The translations under genes and the position numbers were made by a program. Below are positions 52,690 through 64,000 of a stretch of 64,000 bases of DNA, piece by piece (within the stretch, counting starts at the first letter, position 1; every line of letters starts with the position of its first letter). Location: positions 8,516,919-8,580,918 of the forward strand of contig NC_068983.1 in the NCBI RefSeq assembly GCF_001194135.2, given 5' to 3'. Source of the DNA: Octopus bimaculoides (Eukaryota). A model generated the notes under the pieces. The model was not told the DNA's origin and ran no database searches. It saw only the letters and a program-made list of their open reading frames with translations.

Positions 52690-52698
<9 letters not shown>

Positions 52699-53000
52699 GG
52701 TTTAACTAATTAATCAATAATGTATTCACTCTTGTTCTTTACAACTACTTCTCAACGTCCAGGAAGATTTTCAATACCTCGTTGGTAGAATTCACCTGAT
52801 TTCGACTCGAAACATTGATCCAGCCAAGCTCCCAATTCTGCATCAGTATTGAACGAAACTCCTTGCATAGTATTTGAAATAGAACGAAAGAAGTGGAAAT
52901 CCGTTGGTGCTAAATCAGGAGAGTACGGCGAGTGTGGCAGCATTTCCCACCCATGCGTTTGAAAGGCTTCCTTGGTCATATTTTATTTTCCTCGACCCAA
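52690..53000 (-). pseudogene. Mariner (DD34D-type) transposase C-terminal fragment
   Basis: GWEMLPHSPYSPDLAPTDFHFFRSI...FESKSGEFYQRGIENLPGR contains the mariner YSPDLAPxD motif. Confidence 0.92.
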
Positions 53001-53770
53001 TCTCTGGCGTCTCTGAATCTAACTTTAATTTTCTCTTGTGGTTGCTACTAACTTGTCCCTAGTTCATTTATGCACTGATTTGCCAATTTTCAATTTTAAC
53101 CATTTTCCCATCTCCCCCATCATAATTAACCCTTACTTTCCTCTTGTTCTTCTTTTTCCTTATTCTGCTTTTTGACTTTTTTCCTATTCTTTTTCACTTC
53201 CTCACTTTCATTTGATTTTATCCTTCTGCTTTTCTCTTATCATTTTATCTCTACTATTAGGCATTATGAAAGGAATCTTACGTACGTACATATATATAAA
53301 TGAGAAGGTTGTTACAGCACTTCAAAAAGGAACTTTTCTTTCTAGATTTCCTTAAGTTTAAATTCGGATTTTAGAATCTTTTACATGTATTTAATATTCG
53401 TAATTTTTATACCTACTTTCGTGTCCTCCGTTTCATTTTTTGCACACTTTATTTTATATTCTGCAAGTAACCATTTACATCCTAATCTTCTGTTTCAATT
53501 TATAACTTTTCCCAAAACTTTGTTCACATTTTGTATATTTTTTCTATACGCACACACACATACGCACAAACACACACACACACGCATACACATACACACA
53601 AACACGCTTGCACTCTCACACACACATACTCCCTCTTTTTTCTTTCCCTCTCACATACACAGACACATATAATATATGCATTTGATAGCGTATGCATATA
53701 CATTCATGCAAAACATATATATATATGCACACACACACGCATGAATATATATATGATGCAGATATATGTA

Positions 53771-53807
<37 letters not shown>

Positions 53808-54437
53808 NNNNNNNNNNNNNNNNNNNNNNNNNNNNNNNNNNNNNNNNNNNNNNNNNNNNNNNNNNNNNNNNNNNNNNNNNNNNNNNNNNNNNNNNNNNNN
53901 NNNNNNNNNNNNNNNNNNNNNNNNNNNNNNNNNNNNNNNNNNNNNNNNNNNNNNNNNNNNNNNNNNNNNNNNNTATATATATATATATATATATATATGA
54001 ATACGTATATGTGTGTGATTGTGCGCAGGTGTGTACGTATGCACTTCTATTTTAACTTTAACTTTCTTAACTACATTCCATATATTCCTTATTCTTCTTA
54101 TATTAAAAATACATGCTCGGAAAGACAGTTTAGGCTAAAAACGTGACAAATTCGTATTGTGAGAACTTGTCTATACACTTTTGAATCATTTTATAATTGA
54201 CAGTAAATTCAAGTTTTCCTATGCTTTTCTGTCTACATATCATAGGCATCTGTAATCATTTGCATAGTGTCTCTATCTTCATTTCCAGTCCAACAGTGCT
54301 CATTAGAGAACGTTTTTGTTTCCTTTCTTTTGAAAGAAAAAAAATAGAAAAGAAATAAAGCAAGAACAGTAACGGAATTCCTTTGTTGAAGTGTGAATAC
54401 GTAATGTCCACCCCGCTTTCAGCTTAAGACTTCTTAC

Positions 54438-54485
54438 TGCATGGGATTATTCCACATACGCCATGATGTCTTCGACAATGTCAAG
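54438..54485 (-). CDS. Weak candidate exon (two possible donors)
   Basis: aaattctcatcag| acceptor. The donor at 54437 (gtaaga) gives a phase 2-2 LTLSKTSWRMWNNPM; the donor at 54459 (gtatgt) gives a phase 0-2 LDIVEDIM. Confidence 0.2.
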
Positions 54486-55106
54486 CTGATGAGAATTTAG
54501 AAGTTGATATTGTCATTGTTTTTTGTATAGCTTACTGTATGTTAGTGAAACTACTCCACCGTATATAAACGGACAGTAAGAAGTTTTAATGACCCAAAAC
54601 TTCTTTCATCTACAGCATATTCATGTCTATAATCAATATCATATATCTGTTTTGTGAAATATTTTAAAACTTATTCAGTGATATCAAAGTTTTGTCATAA
54701 GTACTTAAATTTCGATATTGAATTCTGTGAATATGTCCGTTGGTTATAAGTTTCCAACGTTCTAAATATTCTTTCTCAGTATTTTTGTATGATGTAAGAG
54801 ACCGTGGTGTGTATGGGTAACTCTGGATGAAAAAAATACCGCAAAATTGTTTATTCGAATGAAAGGTTTAGGAACAATACATTACATTTTGGTTAAAATT
54901 TCATTTTATATATGTGTGTATGTATGTGTATGTATCTATATATGGATGGATGCGTGTATGTATGTTTATGTATGATTATGTATATATGCACCTTTGTGTG
55001 TAAATACATATACTTAGTAATATGTATATGTGTATATCTGGATGCATATATGTATAAACACATACACACAACCACACACACACGCACGCAAACGTACACA
55101 TACCTT

Positions 55107-55153
<47 letters not shown>

Positions 55154-56675
55154 TTAATAACAATGGCAACAATAAGAGAATCAGTACAACAATAGCGAAA
55201 GAACAGTAATTACTCACTTGAGTATACAAATTAGCATATATGATACATGTGGAATGAATAAATACAAAGGGAAAAAAATGTTTGAGCATGAAACTCTACA
55301 CCTGGGTCAAACAGAAAAACACTTGAAATATTTGGATGTGCCCTTTTCTGGGAAAGATAAGGTAAATATTTGAAACCAGATAAAGCCTTGATTTTTAATT
55401 TTTTTTATTTAGGAAGAAGAGTAAATTACTCTTCTAACCCACAATTTCATCTCATCCCTGCTGCGATAGTTTGAGGATGATCCAAAGTGAATACGTCATT
55501 CAATCATGAGGAAATGACGTGGGGAATTGTAGGATATCAGAAGGTAGTAGAGTTTCGGGAATATTTCTATGGAAAAATGCTGAAGATTCGTATTGGGATC
55601 CAAGATACTACGGATCCCCAAAAACGTGATAAAATGTCGATCTAAGTTTCATAGAGATGGTGGTAAAGGTTAGAAATTCAGCATAATGCAATTGTTATGG
55701 TATTTAAAATATTAGTCCCTTATATCATTTCGTTAATCCACACTGTTACCAAGAAAAATGAAGAAGTTGCGATAGTATTGGCAATAATAGCGACAAGACC
55801 ATGAGTGAAACCATGAACGAAAGAAAATCGCTAACAACAACATTTTCTCTCGTATATCCCTACAAATTTCACTCATCCAACTTCAAAGAATATGAAGCTT
55901 TCATTTGCCTTCCATTTCTTTTTACGTCGGAGTATTTGCTTTCGTCATATCTCCCGACTTGCAACGAAATTGGATCAGGTATTACCTTTTCATTCATCGG
56001 AGAGAATAAAGCTATTTAAAAGCTGAAAAGTTAACCAGTCTAATATATCTAAGAAGAATGATGTGAGCTTGCCGGATGTGCTTGATTATGATAAACAAGT
56101 AAACACAGTATGGAACACCAACAGTAATAATAATAACAAGAAGTCTATTACTCTAACACAAATATTAAGAAAAGTGCCAACAGAAAAAAGCAAGTTCCGC
56201 AAAACCAAAAGGAGTTGAAGAAGTTCATAAAATTACAAACATCATGAAAAAGAAAGCGGAAACAGAGAGAAGGTGAAAACACACTTGCTAAAAGACTACA
56301 AACAAAAGACTACTGATGGAGACAATATTAGAAGGTTATATGCAGATTAAGGTGAAATTCCCTATGGGCAAGAAACAGTATAAGAACCACGCACTCTCAA
56401 AATGGAAGTCGAGGGAATTCAAACCAAATAAATGAAGAAAAGAGAAAAAAAATAATAGAAAATACCCACACAAAAGGAAGCGAATTGTTGAAAGCATTTT
56501 CTATGAATAAACAAGAGAAATAGTGAGAGTAGAATGTGTGAATACACTTGGATTGTTCATATGTAGAAACAAGGTCACTCGGTGGATGACTTCAGGACAC
56601 TAAATCATTTGAGATATTATTGTCTCAGGACCTTTCTTGTTCGTGTTTCTCCAGAACCAATCCGAATATTAATAC

Positions 56676-56786
56676 CTTTTGCAGCTGAACTAAATTAAAC
56701 AGGGTTGTGTGGTCGTCGCTGATGGAAGTTATAGGTGTAAAAATGTATCTATATTGCTCAGATATTTCGAATTGTCTGATTGATTT
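56676..56786 (-). CDS. Candidate coding exon
   Basis: aatcctttag| acceptor and AAG|gtatta donor; 111 nt, phase 0-0, one open frame: KSIRQFEISEQYRYIFTPITSISDDHTTLFNLVQLQK. Confidence 0.3.
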
Positions 56787-57214
56787 CTAAAGGATTTTTG
56801 ACATAACCAGTCTCAATTTCGTGAAACGACATTTGGTTCTCCAGCTCATACTTAAATATAATTTTCATTAAGTTAAGGGACACAGACAGGGTCAAACCTT
56901 CTACATTCAAGGTGGTTAGTTACATGGAAAAGATGTTTGTGACAATTATGTTAATCTTAGATTGTCTTCACAAAGATATTTTGTGGGAGAAATTGTTGAT
57001 GGATATCATCAAACCAAAAATATCGGACTAAATATGTTGGTTTGTATGACAAACCTGCATCATAAAATATAAATTAGATCGGAAATTAATGTCCAAACTC
57101 ACTGAAATCGTTACTTTATATAATCTATTGAAATTGCAATCAACAAGAACGTTTCTGGAGCATTTTTGCTGTGCTAAAGAAGAATTTCGTATTATCCGAC
57201 CTAAGACTTGGCCA

Positions 57215-57352
57215 CTAAGAAACGGCTCTCAACCATGAACGGTACGAAGTTCAGTCTCACTTCCTGGCCCTTTGGGTAAGTGTCATCGAGTCGAGAAAAA
57301 CTTTGTGAGAGGGTTTGGTAGACGGAAGCTGAAATAACCTCGTCGCAGGTGC

Positions 57353-57393
<41 letters not shown>

Positions 57394-57590
57394 TGTTTCT
57401 GCCCCTGCATCGCTTAACAATCGACGGTGGTGTGTTTACGCCCCCATAAATAAACTGATTGATTTAGTGCTAGGAATTTAAAAATAGATTACTTGGGTCG
57501 ATGTAACCGACTAGTGCCCTCCCCCCTCCCCCCGAACGTGTTGGCTTGGTACCAAAATTTGAAATGAATATTATTGTTGCCTTTGTTGGT
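57215..57590 (+). mobile_element. SINE (family B body with internal (GT)n, ending in a family A-like tail)
   Basis: gaagttcagtctcact..tttggtagacggaagctgaaa..(GT)n..cgacggtggtgtgtttacgcccc, then gggtcgatgtaaccgact..ccccc..ggtaccaaaatttgaaa. Confidence 0.75.
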
Positions 57591-58764
57591 ATTATGATAC
57601 TAGCAACAGCCGAGGAGAGAGCCAAATAAATGAAAAAAAGAAAATGTATCGCCAAAGAAATCTATGTAGAAAATATATATAACCTCTATATAAAACATAC
57701 TGTTTCTAAGAGAAACATAAAGCCAAAATATTTCAGTACACTTCATGAAATGTTGGCAACTGGTGTCGAATAACTGCTGTACGTAAGATGTACGCGATAT
57801 GCCGCGACAGAACCACAGGACTCATTGTCACTTAAGGAATGATGCAAACAGGGAAAAGGCTTCGGGCTGGATATAGTAAACCTATTCTTTATAGAAAAAT
57901 GCATAGCAGAACATCTACTATATGAACGAAATAACGGAAAATTACACCGGATTTAAGACATACATAGGTGTATAATATGTGTGTTTAATACAAATGCGTA
58001 TATATTATATTAAATATAATAGAAAATAACATATATACTATATATTAGTCAATACTAATATTGCACCCTGTAGGTGCCCGGGTGTTATGTCTTACAGGCA
58101 GTTGTATTATTTGTTCCTTTCTTATGGGCAGAATCGGTGCACGAGGAGTATGAAGCACATAACTCACCTTTATAAAGATGCTTTTTGGTCATTTTTTGAT
58201 GAACAACGCTTCAGTTTCCTTCCACCAAATACAGTCACAAATCTGTGGTTGGCCTAGGGCTATAGTTACAGAAATGTTATTGCAGTTCTTGTAACCAGTT
58301 TGAAGATAATGATTTTCTAAACAGTCCTAGCATCCTTATCGTATGCTTGCTATGCTGGTTTAACAGTGTTAGTATTCAACTCCGTACAACGTTTTTTCCT
58401 GCGTTGGTAAGTATTTATTCCACAGCCTGTAACCTTACACATTCAAATATATAGTAAGGGAAGTCAAATTAATTTATGTCTTGTTACATGCATATTTTCG
58501 CAAATGTTTTAAATTAATTAATGTTCGTAACGGCAACATATTCCTTTGTAAACATTTTATTGTAAACATTTTAAGCTCTACGTGGGGGATTCGAACTTAA
58601 ACACCAAAGGGATGCCACAGTTTTTTTTATTCTTTTTTGTTGCGTCACTGAGATAGATAAAATTAATAAATAAAGTCCCATTCTTTTTCTCTATAAATAA
58701 CGTGGAACAAAGCAGAAAAATGCCGAAACATTCTTCTTCTACGGTATTCGAACACGATACCTAC

Positions 58765-58920
58765 CGTAAACGACATAGCTGTCCTGATCTTTGTATTGAC
58801 ACGGTATAATATAAAACACCTAACGGCGTAAATTTGTTGACATAAATAGCTGCAAACACTTGGTACTTATACATCAATAAAGTTCTCATTCTGAACCATT
58901 CAAGTTGCGTGAATATATAT
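58765..58920 (-). CDS. Candidate internal coding exon, unknown protein
   Basis: cacagttttag| acceptor and CG|gtaggt donor; 156 nt, phase 2-2: YIFTQLEWFRMRTLLMYKYQVFAAIYVNKFTPLGVLYYTVSIQRSGQLCRL. Confidence 0.45.
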
Positions 58921-59194
58921 CTAAAACTGTGTCGTCTTACATGTTCATGCACGCCCGCGCACATACCCGCGCGCGCAGACACACACATACGTAAATACAC
59001 ATACATACGTACATACAACTATATATAAGTGTGTATCTGTGCCGAAAATGCCTTGATCTACCTTCAGTCAACATCTGATGAAAGGGTGTTTACCTTGCGT
59101 GTGTCATATTCTACATGTTTCATCTCTTTTCAGTGATTAATATTTCTCCTATAAATATAAATATATATACGTGTATATGTTTATGTGTTAAATG

Positions 59195-59220
<26 letters not shown>

Positions 59221-59277
<57 letters not shown>
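59221..59277. repeat. (GT)n microsatellite adjoining (AT)n
   Basis: Directly visible. Confidence 0.97.
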
Positions 59278-59279
<2 letters not shown>

Positions 59280-60362
59280 ATACATATGTACATATATATG
59301 TATATATGTGTGTGTGTGTTTGAAGTGCTTCCTAATATGTTTGCTTACTTGTTTTACGTGCATACATCTGTATATACGATTTAGAAATCTAAAATTGTTG
59401 CTGCAATGTTCAGAATTTCAGTAGGTTTCATGTACTTTTAATTTCATCTGTGTTCTTCTTGCTATTTTCTTCTCTCGCACTCCTTCCCTTTCTCCCTCTC
59501 AGTCTGTATATCTCCATTTCTGTCTCAGTACACAATTCTCCTTATATTCTTGTATTCTTAAATTTTAAATTTGAGCTGTAAAACAAGGGGAAAGTTCTGC
59601 CATTTTATGTTTACAGAAACAATAGTGCAGTATATAATAAATGTGTTATCTTACAAGAAACACTGAATCATTTTGTTACACCTTTATTCTTGTGCAGCTA
59701 CGAATAACAAAGGTAAGAAAAATATTAAGATACGATATATAAAGTTATGATTCATAAAACAGATTCAAGGAAATAAATAAAAGCTAAAATTAAGCACAAG
59801 GGAATCCGGCCTGTTTTAAGGGCTGCAATCAAATGCAACTGTTTTCTCGACAGAAACTATAAATATTACGTTGCTACGTACCTCTTTAAAGGAAATTAAA
59901 AACTATAAAGGAAACATGCTAAAGTGTTCAAAATGACACCTGTAGAAGTGATGTATCATTTACAACAATACTTTGTGTTTTCCTACACGCAAGATTTCTT
60001 TCTAATTGGTTTGCATTCATAAGTCTAAACATACATTACATAAAACTTTGTATTTTAAATAACATAAACACACACACGCACATATATATTCCGAATTCAA
60101 AGGCGTGGAACAGGTAAAATGTAAGCTACATAAGTTTCTTAACTAATGAAAGCTCATTATGAAACTTTTGCGCTACAAACATTCCTCAGCGTAGTAATCA
60201 GGCTGAAATCACATCAATAAAGTTACGATGTTGCCCGGAACTCCCGTGAATTTCATACTACAACATGAATTTTATTGACGAAATATACATACCGGAGTAA
60301 GCAGATAAATGTGCAACAAGGTGTAAAAAAGAGTACTCAGATACCAGAGGTTGAGTAATATG

Positions 60363-60484
60363 CTTTATTTAAAAGCAGCAGAAATATAACAAAAAGCTGT
60401 TACTCAGAGTTCCACGTTCCCGTTCATTGAGTGTGAAAATCTTAGTAACAGCTTTTTGTTATATTTCTGCTGCTTTTAAATAAA

Positions 60485-60485
<1 letters not shown>
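60363..60485. repeat. Perfect 42-bp inverted repeat with 39-nt loop (Penelope-type terminal hairpin)
   Basis: ctttatttaaaagcagcagaaatataacaaaaagctgttact (60363-60404) is the reverse complement of 60444-60485. Confidence 0.95.
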
Positions 60486-60520
<35 letters not shown>

Positions 60521-60659
60521 TGTAGTGATCCGTGACAGAAAATTCAGCAAAAACAACAAAAAAATAGTGCTCCAACTGACGGGAGATAAATATTATTTAT
60601 TAAAAAGGTTACAATACATTTATTAAAACGCTACCACTAGTTTCATATTTTGAGAAAAC

Positions 60660-61140
60660 TGAAACATATTTTCCCTTAATAAAGAATCTAAGAGATACAT
60701 GAAATATTAAATAGGCGTTCTGTGAAATTATCGTATAGCTGCTGCCCCAATATGCAGAGAATCATTACACGTGGTCAATACCAAAAGCCTGAATCCGGTT
60801 GCAACTATCGCGATCCAGGATCCCGTCTACTTGACCAACGATGTACGACTGAATCTATCATTTATTAGGGAGACGTTACTGCAACTCTAAATAAAAATAC
60901 AACTGATAAGAAGTCCCATACTGGATTATAAGAAAGTGAATTTAAAAGTCGCTATGCCAATCACATAACCTCCTTCCCACATAGGGTCAAAAGTAAAGGT
61001 AATAAGTTGGCTAGCTACGTAAAGACTTTGAAAGATAACGAAACACCGCATGTGATTAAATGGTAAGGAATTGAGAAACCTTATGTGAATGGGTTGAATA
61101 GATATGAACTTTCTTTAGCTGAAAGAGCGCAGATCCTGTT
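60660..61140 (+). mobile_element. Penelope-like GIY-YIG endonuclease region, decayed
   Basis: EIHEILNRRSVKLSYSCCPNMQRII, GCNYRDPGSRLLDQRCTTESII (cf. CNCR..CPLxGxCL..IIY), KKSHTGL*ESEFKSRYANHITSF...KLASYVKTLKDNETPHVIKW, EKPYVNG..ELSLAER. Confidence 0.85.
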
Positions 61141-61158
61141 GGTGTGCATGCGTGTGTA

Positions 61159-61228
<70 letters not shown>

Positions 61229-61559
61229 GTGTAAATACGATGTAGGGATCTGAGTGTAGTAAATTTGTAACCTTCAAGCACTAGGCGGCTAGTAGAGAGA
61301 ACATGAAGCAGATAGCGTATAAGATACAATAATAATTTCTTGACACTTTTCCCCATATCGAAGTTACAAACAATTTCGATAAGATGATAGATTCTATACA
61401 ATAGTTATCAACTATTTCTGCTAAAAATGCGAATAAAATTCCAATTCTAAAATTAAAGGATAGGTAAAATGTATGTTTCTGAACTAGCTGAATTTCATCA
61501 TGCCCCATACATATCAATAATCGATAAGGTCACAAGGGGGGGGGATGCCAGAACTGTGA

Positions 61560-62110
61560 CTGGTGCAGGGGTTTCTCGTCAGGTCGATCGTGAATATAGA
61601 ATAAATGTGTCTCGGAAGACTGACTCATCGTATGAAGGAAGTCGGAATTCCTGCCCGTCCCCCCTCCATTAAACCTCTAATCAGTATGAAGAACCGAAAT
61701 ACGAGGTTTCATTTTTACGAGCAAGCACATACTTTTGTACAAACGACTGCTATTCGGGTGTGTTTTCCAGTGACGAATGCATGTTCAGTTCGGTTTCCTC
61801 TGATGTTAGGTTATAAGTGAGACGTCGTAAATGCGAAAGATTGTTCCATGAATGCATGAAGTTTGGAAGTGGTTTCGAAATGGTGTGGGGAATGATTTCT
61901 GCAGAATATTTTGGGCCTTTGATTCTGATCCGTGGTAATGTGAATGCAGTCATAAACAAAACAACGTTCTCCAAAATGTTGTAACAATTATGGGTCCAAG
62001 TCGAACTCGTCAGTCGAACTTCATGCACGAAAGGGGGCTATGTCACAATGCAAAAATAGTTAAGGATGTGTTTGCAGTTGAAAACATTTCTGCGATGCTA
62101 TATCCAGAGT
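61560..62110 (+). pseudogene. Tc1-like transposase remnant
   Basis: HRMKEVGIPARPPSIKPLISMKNR, VFSSDECMFS, VRRRKCER, KFGSGFEMVWGMISAEYFGPLILIRGNVNA; frameshifted. Confidence 0.85.
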
Positions 62111-62695
62111 TTTTTTATTAATTTCATGTGGTAACCAAATTATTCATGAATAAGAAACGTGTCTGAAACAGCTGTAGTAGACTTTCAACCCATCCGTACT
62201 AGTATATATANNNNNNNNNNNNNNNNNNNNNNNNNNNNNNNNNNNNNNNNNNNNNNNNNNNNNNNNNNNNNNNNNNNNNNNNNNNNNNNNNNNNNNNNNN
62301 NNNNNNNNNNNNNNNNNNNNNNNNNNNNNNNNNNNNNNNNNNNNNNNNNNNNNNNNNNNNNNNNNNNNNNNNNNNNNNNNNNNNNNNNNNNNNNNNNNNN
62401 NNNNNNNNNNNNNNNNNNNNNNNNNNNNNNNNNNNNNNNNNNNNNNNNNNNNNNNNNNNNNNNNNNNNNNNNNNNNNNNNNNNNNNNNNNNNNNNNNNNN
62501 NNNNNNNNNNNNNNNNNNNNNNNNNNNNNNNNNNNNNNNNNNNNNNNNNNNNNNNNNNNNNNNNNNNNNNNNNNNNNNNNNNNNNNNNNNNNNNNNNNNN
62601 NNNNNNNNNNNNNNNNNNNNNNNNNNNNNNNNNNNNNNNNNNNNNNNNNNNNNNNNNNNNNNNNNNNNNNNNNNNNNNNNNNNNNNNNNNNNNNN

Positions 62696-62744
<49 letters not shown>

Positions 62745-63244
62745 CAAGAGAGATAAAAAGAGACAGAAAGAAAGCGGTGTTAGGTGGTTTGATGGAGTGG
62801 TGTATCATAAAATTTTAAAATAGTCTACACAAGAATTTATAGCTCACCTGTTCATGATAATATACAATCAAAAGCAATATATCTCCTATAGTGCCAACAA
62901 TCCGTTTTTTTCTCTATCTCTATTGGTCAGTAGCTGTGGAATTTTTACAAGATGAAAAATCAACTAAATGCAGGAATGTCAATGCTGCGTAATGCCGTTT
63001 GGTTTTAAACGACTTATCAGTTGTATGTAAACGTATTTTTCATTTGATCATTTTCATTTTATCTAGTTTCAGCTCTTAAGCTGTGGACATGCTGGGGCAC
63101 CGCTAGAATAAAATTATAAATAGGCCAAAAACAAGTATCAGGTTAGATTATGATATTTATATATGTAAACAGGAGGGTCAAATTTTCATATACAAGTGTC
63201 ATGTTGAGTTATTAGAAGAGTAGGGGTTATAAGGAGCCTGTTTT

Positions 63245-63405
63245 TCTTCACACTTTCCTCTGTACCTCACACTATTACTCTTTTTTACTCCTTTACTCTT
63301 GTACTAGTTTAAGTCATTTGACTGCGGCCATGCTGGAGCACTGCATTTAGTCGGTTTTGTGAGTCTAGTACTTATTCTATTAGTCTCTTTTGCCGAACTG
63401 CTAAT
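63245..63405 (-). mobile_element. Family B SINE 3' fragment, reverse
   Basis: tttactc-type tail, gtcatttgactgcggccatgctggagcac, cttttgccgaactgctaa. Confidence 0.85.
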
Positions 63406-63659
63406 GTCTTCGTTTATCGGTTGCTCGGTGAAGATTATGTCGGTATTGACAATAAGACCAACAGCAATGTCAGCAACAAGTCTCTCACCGATCGGATGCC
63501 TATAGATACACTGGGGCGAAGCAATGTAGCCAACCGAATCCCATAACCAGTGTATAATTCTAAATAAAAGTGAGAAGCAGAAATTCTCTGTGTTGAATCC
63601 CTAAGTTAGTGTAAGCAACAATAAAAGTTAAAGACGATAGTTGGGGGAACTTTTATTAC

Positions 63660-63764
63660 CTTGTGGCTTGACTTGTTAGAAATAGCAGCAAGTCATAATC
63701 ATATGATACGCTTTTGTCTTCCAAACAGAAGAAATTTTGATATTGCATTCCGATATCTAAAAAC
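63660..63764 (-). CDS. Candidate internal coding exon, unknown protein
   Basis: gtctatttcag| acceptor and AAG|gtaata donor; 105 nt, phase 2-2, only one open frame: FLDIGMQYQNFFCLEDKSVSYDYDLLLFLTSQAT. Confidence 0.5.
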
Positions 63765-64000
63765 CTGAAATAGACATGAAAGTCGAAACTCAAATGCAAT
63801 CGGCTACAAATCTGCTCGATCAAGATGTAACATGATAGAACAACTAAAACAAATGTCAAGACACAGATATCAATACCATGGGAGTTTCTTCATTGCGTAA
63901 ATGCTGATGTTCTTTTCATGCATTTGTCATAAACGTAAACAAAATAGGCAGAAATATTCTCCTACATTCGGAAAATTAAAACAAATTGACTATCTGCAGA

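Noticed and set aside
56100-56430. K/E-rich stretch ending RTLKMEVEGIQ, weakly like the R4/RTE LKxETEG motif
   Set aside because: A single weak motif, not enough to annotate.
59882-59939. Strong minus-strand acceptor/donor pair
   Set aside because: All three frames contain stops, so it is not a coding exon.
63410-63555. Plus-strand frame NVFVYRLLGEDYVGIDNK..., resembling a GPCR TM7 tail
   Set aside because: No splice acceptor or upstream TM segments, and it abuts a SINE.

Overview
AT-rich eukaryotic scaffold with about 12 N-gaps, most flanked by (AT)n, (CA)n or (CT)n microsatellites. The repeat landscape is what I associate with octopus genomes (inference from recall, not a database result). 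Most of the window is intron-like or intergenic DNA filled with decayed mobile elements: many tRNA-derived SINE copies, CR1/L2-type, R4-like and Tx1-like LINE remnants, two Penelope-like fragments, Tc1 (DD34E), mariner and maT (DD37D) transposase relics, and a TIR-bearing MITE. No supplied ORF is an intact recognisable host gene. Manual splice-site reading suggests a minus-strand multi-exon gene of unrecognised family (best candidate exons 63660-63764, 58765-58920 and 41596-41730) and a locus at about 49.1-49.4 kb that reads as exon(s) on either strand. I see no rRNA, intact tRNA, CRISPR array or prokaryote-type system, and nothing I can confidently call a new biological system. The most unusual structures are a MITE flanked by a 162-bp direct duplication and carrying telomere-type repeats, a doubly deleted Tx1-like LINE, and several hammerhead-ribozyme-like relics. 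Repeat boundaries are approximate (tens of bp). All family assignments come from motif recall, without database searches.
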